From the NCBI RefSeq assembly GCF_006345805.1, contig NW_021824907.1, positions 1 through 16,656 of the forward strand: a stretch of DNA of 16,656 bases, written 5' to 3'. Positions 9,966 to 16,118 of the stretch are shown one piece after another. Within the stretch, counting starts at the first letter, position 1; every line of letters begins with the position of its first letter. A program made the translations under genes and the position numbers. The notes under the pieces were generated by a model. It had not been told where the DNA came from. It was given only the letters and a program-made list of their open reading frames with translations, and did not search any database. The stretch comes from Octopus sinensis (Eukaryota).

Positions 9966-10011
9966 AAAGAAAACACTATCTCTGCTACTATTGTTTCTGC
10001 CACCTCCACCA

Positions 10012-10394
10012 CATTTGACTGTGGCCATGCTGGAGCACCACCTTTAGTCGAGCAAATCGATCGACCCCGGGACTTATTCTTGTAAGTTCAGTACTATTCT
10101 TCGTCTCTTTTGATCTTTTGCCGAACCGCTAACTAACGGGGACTTAAACACACCAGCATCGGTGTCAAAGCAATGCTAGGGGGACAAACACAGACACACA
10201 AACACACCATACATATATATAATAAAATATATACGACAGGCTTCTTTCAGTTTCCGTCTACCAAATCCACTCACAAGGCTTTGGTCGGCCCGGGGCTATA
10301 GTAGAAGACACTTGCCCAAGATGCCACGCAGTGGGACTGAACCCGGAACCATGTGGTTGGTTAGCAAGCTACTTACCACACAGCCACTCCTGCG
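10012..10394 (-). mobile_element. Full-length tRNA/CORE-like SINE (family B)
   Basis: Minus strand: A-box-like tggctgtgtggt, B-box-like ggttcagtccc, CORE-like gcgtggcatcttgggcaagtgtcttct, short internal TA/TG repeat, tail ccagcatggccacagtcaaatg. Confidence 0.9.
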
Positions 10395-10674
10395 TCTATG
10401 CTGTATAAAATTATAAAATCAATTTTGTGGATGTACAAGTCTCCGCACGCTTTATTATTGATAACGATATATACTCCATTCAATTTCTACCGTCCGGCAA
10501 AGACTACAGGAAATTATTCATCTGAGGAATTCACGGAGTGACTAGAAACAGATAGTAATCACGGACGTTATTACTAACCGATCGAAGTGGTTAGCCGTTA
10601 ATTGGAACTTAACTGACAGCAAATACGATATCTGCCCGGATAATATATCTCTCCAGACTTGCGCCCGCGCACAT

Positions 10675-10681
10675 ATGCATA

Positions 10682-10712
<31 letters not shown>

Positions 10713-10877
10713 GGTGGTGAACTATTTTCATGATGTTTCGTATTTAGATGCTTTTATTAAATTCATTTAGTTGTTAAACATAAATAAATCTTCGAATTAA
10801 ATGATTTATTAATAATTTATTGTCAGTGGACTTTTGGCCAACACTATATATATATAATATATACACACCACACACAC

Positions 10878-10959
<82 letters not shown>

Positions 10960-10997
10960 GTGTGGTGTGTGTGTGGGTGGTATATATATATATATAT
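10675..10997. repeat. (TG)n, (CA)n and (TA)n microsatellites separated by an AT-rich spacer
   Basis: Seen directly at 10675-10715 and 10846-10997. Confidence 0.9.
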
Positions 10998-11048
10998 GAA
11001 AAAGAAATCAATATAGAAAATGCTAAAATAATTTTATAAAAAGCATTT

Positions 11049-11084
11049 CAGTACCGGTTTCAGTCATTGAGACTTTTTCAACTG
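11049..11084 (-). ncRNA. Decayed minimal type I hammerhead ribozyme motif
   Basis: Minus strand: CAG-TTGAAAA-AGTC tcaat GACT-GAAA-CCGG-TA-CTG. Stems I and II and a palindromic stem III are present. The core deviates from CUGANGA at 2 positions. Confidence 0.6.
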
Positions 11085-11241
11085 TAAGTATGGAAAACAA
11101 TTAAATTTTGGAAAAATTAAAAGAAAATATTTTTAAAAAAATATTTGCATAGTGTTCAAATACAAGTGGCATTTTTCTTGTTTCTGCCTGTCTCTGTCTC
11201 TCTTGTTTACTCTTGTGGGTTCGAGGTCGTTGATATATATA

Positions 11242-11673
11242 CAGTCGCGGCCAAAATGTTCAGAACAGCATTGTTTTCGTCAGAAAAGTAGATATAAGTT
11301 TTTATCAAAGTTGTTTTATATTCCATAATTTTCACAAACAATAAATACGATATTATTTGTTATTGTCTGAGATTTTGGTGTAATTTGAGAGGATAATACA
11401 AACGTTATGGATGATTTAGTGATTTACTGCAAAACCTATGGCGGCCAAAATGATCAGAACGGTTGAAAAAATAACAAAATAATCAAAAATGACAGAGAAT
11501 ACTGGAATTATTTAATATTTAGTATGAAGCCCTTTAGCTTCAATCACACTTTGACAACTTCGACTGCATGGGGAAATTAGATTTTCAATTTCTTGCTGGG
11601 TGATCTTATTCCATTCTTCCTGAAGGGTATTCCATAATTGCTCGGTTGTTTTAGGATTTCTGGCTTTCGAAAG
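11242..11673 (-). mobile_element. Tc1-family DNA transposon 3' end (IR/DR type) with transposase C-terminus
   Basis: TA at 11240-41, then cagtcgcggccaaaatgttcagaac; inner direct repeat gcggccaaaatgatcagaac at 11441-11460 (19/20 identical to 11247-11266). Minus 11673-11512 translates to LSKARNPKTTEQLWNTLQEEWNKITQQEIENLISPCSRSCQSVIEAKGLHTKY*. Confidence 0.92.
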
Positions 11674-11734
11674 TATGTGTGTGTATAGCTTACATTACAA
11701 TTGTTTACGCATACATATATGTCTTACTGTTTAC

Positions 11735-11935
11735 TAGTTTCAGTCATTGAACTGCGGCTATTCTGGGACAATGCATTAAAGAGTGTAATCGAGAAAACCA
11801 TTCACAGTTCTAACGTATCTAAGTCTGATACTTATTCTATCGATCACTTTCCCTGAACTGCTACGATACGGTGCGTAAACAAACCAATACCCGTGGTCAA
11901 GTAGCGGAATGTGCACACAAACAGATACACACACA
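11735..11935 (-). mobile_element. Old family B SINE, 3' half
   Basis: tttcagtcattgaactgcggctattctggg...tacttattctatcgat...gaactgcta...gcgtaaacaaacc matches 2695-2880. Confidence 0.7.
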
Positions 11936-12067
11936 TATCGAGAAAAAAGAAGGCAGTCAGAATTTTGGATAATTCTTTATTATTAGCACTTTCGTTTGTT
12001 TAAAAGAACTCTTTGAGTAGAATTAAATTCAAAATGTAGCAATGAAATGAGCGGAAGTAAAACATCG

Positions 12068-12139
12068 TATATATATATATATATATAATATATTATATAT
12101 ATAATTATATATATAATATATATATATATAATATATATA

Positions 12140-12226
<87 letters not shown>

Positions 12227-12254
12227 ATATATGTGTATATATGTATGTATGTAT
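12068..12254. repeat. (TA)n microsatellite
   Basis: Seen directly. Confidence 0.97.
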
Positions 12255-12479
12255 GGCGAGCGGGAGAAGCGTTAGCACGCGGGCGAAATGCATTGCGGTA
12301 TTCGTCTGCCGTTACGTTCTGAGTTCAAATTCCGCCGAGGTCGACTTTGCCTTTCATACTTTCGGGGTCGATAAATTAAGCACCAGTTACGCACTGGGGT
12401 CGATGTAATCGACTTAATACCTATGTCTGTCCTTGTTTGTCCCCTCTATGTTTAGCCCCTTGTGGGTAATAAAGAAATA
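12255..12479 (+). mobile_element. Full-length tRNA-derived SINE (family A)
   Basis: Head ggcgagcgggagaagcgttagcacgc, B box gagttcaaattcc (12321-12333), tail gccccttgtgggtaataaagaaata. Inverted relative to 1579-1809. Confidence 0.9.
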
Positions 12480-12499
12480 TGTATATATGTATGTATGTA

Positions 12500-12680
12500 T
12501 ATGTCTGTGTTTGTCCCCCCACCCCATCATCCCTTGACAACAGAAGTTGGTGTGTTTACGTCCCCGTAACTACCGATAGAATAAGTACTAGGCTTACGAA
12601 GATTAAGTCCGGGGGTCGAGTCGATTTGTTCGACTAAAAGCGGTGAAATGACAGAAACAAGTACAAGAATAAAAGAATTA
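12500..12680 (+). mobile_element. Family B SINE, 3' half with internal deletions
   Basis: gtctgtgtttgtcccc...cgtccccgtaact..gatagaataagtactaggcttac..ggggtcga..ttgttcgactaaa...gaaatgacagaaacaag. Confidence 0.75.
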
Positions 12681-13675
12681 AAGAGGTGGCTTATTTGGAA
12701 AAGCAGCTTAGACCCTACTACATGTCTAAACTCAAGAACAGAACTTTTCGGATCATGCCCATACGTGACAAAATTTTTGTTACGTTTTTGGTCCCCTAAA
12801 GAAAACAGAAAGAACTTGCTTTCTATATTACGTCCCAAAAAGTTTTTTTTTTATCTCATTATACCTTTTATTATTTCATATATTTTTATATTTTCACACA
12901 TAATTTTTTCTGTACTTTTCTATCCTGCATTCTTTCCTGTGCCTATATAGACGTGTATATAGATTCATTTGTACACGTGTGTGAATATGTATGAGTGGGC
13001 AGTTTTAGATGTGTGCGTGTGTGCGGGCATAAGAATGCATATATATATATAGACGTTTTTACTTAGTATTTTTCCATTTTTTAAGGTTTTTTTTTGGGGG
13101 GGGGGCATATGTATATTCATTTTTCGTATATGCGTGTGCATGTATGCGTATATAAACATGTGCGGGTATGTACATATATGGGCGTGTGTGTGTATGAGTG
13201 CATAAGGGCATGTCCGTATATGAATGTGGTTTTTATGCTTTGTATACTTCCTTATGTTTTTTTTCTGTTACCTTTAACCATGGTTTTTCTTGTGCTTGTG
13301 CGTATATTGACGTATGTATGAACTTTTAAAGTACGCATGTGTGTGTGTATGAGGTTGTATATATATGCGTATATATTTGGCGAAAAATGCGAGTGAAGAT
13401 GTGTACGTTTTCATAGTGACGTTTAAGTACGCACGTGGGTTCGCGAGCGCACATATGAGCGTATGAGTAGCCATGTTTACGTGTTTTACTATGAAATTTT
13501 AATCTTATTTTATATAAGTAGCAGAATTATAACACAGTAATTTCCCTTTATATAACGGTATTTTTTCATAGAGTTTTTTCAGATGGCCAGATAACCGAAG
13601 AGATGGTGTTGTGGATTTCCACTTCGCATCTGAAACTCGGAGTTTTATCTTGACTATTGAGTAATTGTAACCTAT

Positions 13676-13680
<5 letters not shown>
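12681..13680 (+). mobile_element. 5'-truncated Penelope-like element: GIY-YIG C-terminal remnant, long 3' region and hammerhead motif
   Basis: 12681-12790 translates to KRWLIWKSSLDPTTCLNSRTELFGSCPYVTKFLLRFW, which fits the Penelope ORF end pattern LN.R.E...C.H..KF.L. An HHR-like motif follows at 13589-13650 and the region ends in (TA)n. Continuity across 12800-13580 is inferred. Confidence 0.65.
13589..13650 (+). ncRNA. Decayed type I hammerhead ribozyme motif
   Basis: AGATAA-CCGAAGA-GATG(21 nt)CATC-t-GAAA-CT cgg AG-TT-TTATCT: 6-bp stem I, 4-bp stem II and a short stem III. Deviations: U4>C, one extra T before GAAA, GUU cleavage triplet. Confidence 0.65.
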
Positions 13681-13727
<47 letters not shown>

Positions 13728-13731
13728 TATA
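13681..13731. repeat. (TA)n microsatellite
   Basis: Seen directly. Confidence 0.95.
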
Positions 13732-14170
13732 GTACAAACTAAGGGATTATGGGGTAACCTACTATGGGATATCAGTTATCCAATATACTGCTGGTGACGT
13801 ACCCAAATACTAAATACATAAATGCTCATAATTGCAATGCAGTTAATTCATTTATTGTATAGAATGGCTGAGGGTAAAAAATATTTTACCGTAAATTCAT
13901 AATACAAATAAGAAAAAGGAGGAACAAATTCATTTCGATCATCAACTTACGAATATTACAATTTCATATTATTTATTAATTATACAAATAGAAACATGAA
14001 AATCGAACAAAACAATACACATCAATATGCAAATTAAGAATAGAATAAAATAGTATATATATAAGCACATACATGTGAAACATTTATGCACATAAATGCA
14101 CGGAGTAAGCACATAAATGTGAAACAAGGTGGAAAAAAGAGTGCTCAAGTACCAGAGGTAGAGTAATATG

Positions 14171-14307
14171 CTTTATTTAGAAGCAGTAGAAATATAACAA
14201 AAGCTGTTACTCAGAGTTTCACGTTCCTGTTCGTTGGACAGTTTTTTTTTAAGGGAGCGTGAAACTGAGCAACAGCTTTTGTTATATTGCTGCTGCTTTT
14301 AATAAAG
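14171..14307. repeat. Imperfect inverted repeat with ~55-bp arms (probable inverted Penelope-type pLTR junction)
   Basis: 14171-14227 ctttatttagaagcagtagaaatataacaaaagctgttactcagagtttcacgttcc versus RC of 14254-14307 ctttattaaaagcagcagcaatataacaaaagctgttgctcagtttcacgctcc; 26-nt loop. Confidence 0.9.
14204..14241 (-). ncRNA. Decayed minimal type I hammerhead ribozyme motif
   Basis: Minus strand: CTGT-CCAACGA-AC aggaac GT-GAAA-CTC t GAG-TA-ACAG. The core has 2 deviations from CUGANGA. The 3' half recurs on the plus strand at ~14257-14274. Confidence 0.6.
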
Positions 14308-14311
14308 TGAC

Positions 14312-14327
14312 CACACACACACACACA

Positions 14328-14371
<44 letters not shown>

Positions 14372-14455
14372 CTTATATATATAATATAGATATATATATA
14401 TATATATATATATAGATATATATATATATCTATAATATACACACACATATATATA
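14312..14455. repeat. (CA)n/(TA)n/(GATA) microsatellite
   Basis: Seen directly. Confidence 0.93.
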
Positions 14456-14619
14456 ATATTTGAAGAAAAGAAGGGTAAAGATACCGCTTGCTAAAAATCA
14501 CAGCGAAAGCTTAAAAAAACCACCAATTCTACGATATATACACACACGAGCAATGCAATGAATATTTTTTTAAAATAAGCCTACCTTCAGGATGGAATTT
14601 GAAGGTAGTGTAATATATA

Positions 14620-14681
14620 CCCCAATATCAAATAATTTCATGCTGTGCATGAGAAACATGCTTTGCAATCCTCAGTTAGAA
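14620..14681 (-). ncRNA. Type I hammerhead ribozyme with intact core
   Basis: Minus strand: TTCTAA-CTGAGGA-t TGC aaa GCATG tttct CATGC aca GCA t-GAAA-TTATTTGA-TA-TTGGGG. Stem I is 6 bp (3 G.U). Predicted cleavage between 14626 and 14625. Confidence 0.75.
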
Positions 14682-14834
14682 ATAGTATTTGACATCTCTT
14701 TCTAAAATATTCATTACGCCAACTCGTGTGAGTTTCTAACTTTAAACATCTCGCTCTGTTTAAAGAGAAAAACTATCGTAAACAATAAGCAAGTAGATAT
14801 GTGAAGTATTATTACTGTTTAAAACAGTTATAAT

Positions 14835-15198
14835 GAGGTGGCTAGCAAGACTTCTCTTCAAACTCCACCCATCTAACACCCGTGGACATATTTACAAAGT
14901 AAGAAAACAGCACAGCTCCCATGACTTCAGGAAACATTTTTTCACGCTGAGAGTTGCTGAAGCGTGGAACAAACTGCCAGCATGGTTGTTAGTTGTCGGA
15001 GCACTGCATCCTTCAGATTCCATGCTTCCTGAGATTCGCCAACAACTACACCTGATTTTCTCCCTCCATACAACACAAGCATGTTCACTTTCCAGACATT
15101 TCTACATTACTGCATGTAACTTTATATGCACTTTCTGACAAGCTGTGGTGCACCTGAGCACTGTATACAATAATTTCATTATTATTATTATTATTACT
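14835..15198 (+). mobile_element. CR1-clade LINE 3' fragment with (ATT)n tail and 13-bp TSD
   Basis: LFKLHPSNTRGHIYKVRKQHSSHDFRKHFFTLRVAEAWNKLP is the typical CR1 ORF2 end (TRGH..K..FF..RV...WN.LP). Tail (ATT)n at 15177-15196. Flanks aaacagttataat (14822-14834) and aaacaggtataat (15199-15211) match at 12/13. Confidence 0.92.
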
Positions 15199-15384
15199 AA
15201 ACAGGTATAATATAAAATATTTGCAGAAAAGAAGGGTAAAGATACCGCTTGCCAAATATAAAAGCGAAAGTTTAAAAAAAACCCACCAATTCTACGATCG
15301 ATACACACATGAACAATGTAATGAATCTTATCAAATATATGCCTACCTTCAGGATAGAATATGAAGGCAGCTAATACATACTAT

Positions 15385-15446
15385 TTCCAACTGATGATTG
15401 CAAAGCACGTTTCTCATGCACAGTATGAAATCAATTGATATTGGAA
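15385..15446 (+). ncRNA. Type I hammerhead ribozyme with intact core
   Basis: TTCCAA-CTGATGA-t TGC aaa GCACG tttct CATGC aca GTA t-GAAA-TCAATTGA-TA-TTGGAA. Stem I is 6 Watson-Crick bp, extended by a 3x3 loop and atac/gtat. Stem III lies in the perfect palindrome ATCAATTGAT (15430-15439). Predicted cleavage after A15440 (AUA). Confidence 0.8.
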
Positions 15447-15540
15447 TATGTATCAGCTGCCTTCATATTCCATCCTGAAGGTAGGCCTATTTTAAAAAAT
15501 ATTTATTACATTGCTCGTGTGTGTATTGATGGTGTACACA

Positions 15541-16019
15541 CCATCTTCGTGCAAAAGATGGGCTACAGCAATTACAGCAATTATTCTGTTCAATACCACA
15601 GATTTGTCTGTCAGTTGTTTGGCCACAACCAGTTGAGCATGTCTCTTAGTGGCTGACAATATGTGCATTTCTGATCACGGGCAGAAGTAGTGGGTGTGCA
15701 TCATAACCATGTGTCGAAAGGAATTCCTTGGGGTTTGAATAATTCACCCCTGGAAAAATGGGTGTTTCATACAATATCCTTCAACAACCCTTATTTAAGG
15801 ACCTTTTGAGCGGGATGGGCTACTCGACGAGAAGAAAATTCTAACTGGACCCCACCTGCAAGGTCATGCGCTGATTATCTTGATATGAGGTCACCATATC
15901 GCACACATATGGTTGTAATGCATGTGCCTAGTAAACCTTTATCAGACATGATGGGAATATTGGGCTTCGTATATTTTACCCCCGTGTCACTTTGATGGCA
16001 TGCGCTGCTCTCTCACTCG

Positions 16020-16111
<92 letters not shown>

Positions 16112-16118
16112 TAATAAT
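15541..16118 (+). mobile_element. Probable non-coding retroposon (SINE-like or LINE 3' UTR) with (AAT)n tail
   Basis: A ~480-bp ORF-poor block that truncates the inverted X copy and runs into (AAT)n at 16019-16118. It reads like a common octopus repeat to me, but this is unverified. Confidence 0.45.
16019..16118. repeat. (AAT)n microsatellite
   Basis: Seen directly. Confidence 0.97.

Larger units (their letters stand above)
7146..10000 (-). mobile_element. Tx1/L1-clade non-LTR retrotransposon, internally deleted (RT missing)
   Basis: ORF1 remnant with zinc knuckle, ORF2 APE N-terminus fused to the ORF2 C-terminal region, 3' UTR and (AAT)n tail, all colinear on the minus strand. The 5' boundary is approximate. 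Confidence 0.88.
14453..15530. mobile_element. ORF-less hammerhead-bearing repeat element (retrozyme-like or non-autonomous Penelope-like), interrupted by CR1
   Basis: Segment X occurs at 14453-14620 and 15212-15380 (direct) and 15441-15530 (inverted, partial). HHRs at 14620-14681 (minus) and 15385-15446 (plus). Removing the CR1 at its TSD gives a continuous X-body-HHR-X unit on the minus strand. Confidence 0.75.

Noticed and set aside
7102-10018. 10-bp inverted match gtcaaatgtg (7102) and cacatttgac (10009) flanking the Tx1-like element
   Set aside because: The second copy is largely the SINE 3' end, LINEs are not bounded by TIRs, and a 10-mer match is expected by chance.
11981-12020. Possible hammerhead on the minus strand (tcaaaga-gtt...aac-gaaa-gtgc-ta)
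   Set aside because: Core and stems I and III are too decayed to support without a family consensus.
13925-13950. Minus-strand ttgatga-tc-gaaa
   Set aside because: No room for stem II and no stem I/III pairing.
14720-14762. Minus-strand gaaa-ctc-acac-gag-tt stem III-like motif
   Set aside because: No CUGANGA box or stem II upstream.
15435-15656. 73-aa plus-strand ORF
   Set aside because: Spans the HHR tail and the unrelated downstream repeat; no domain signal.
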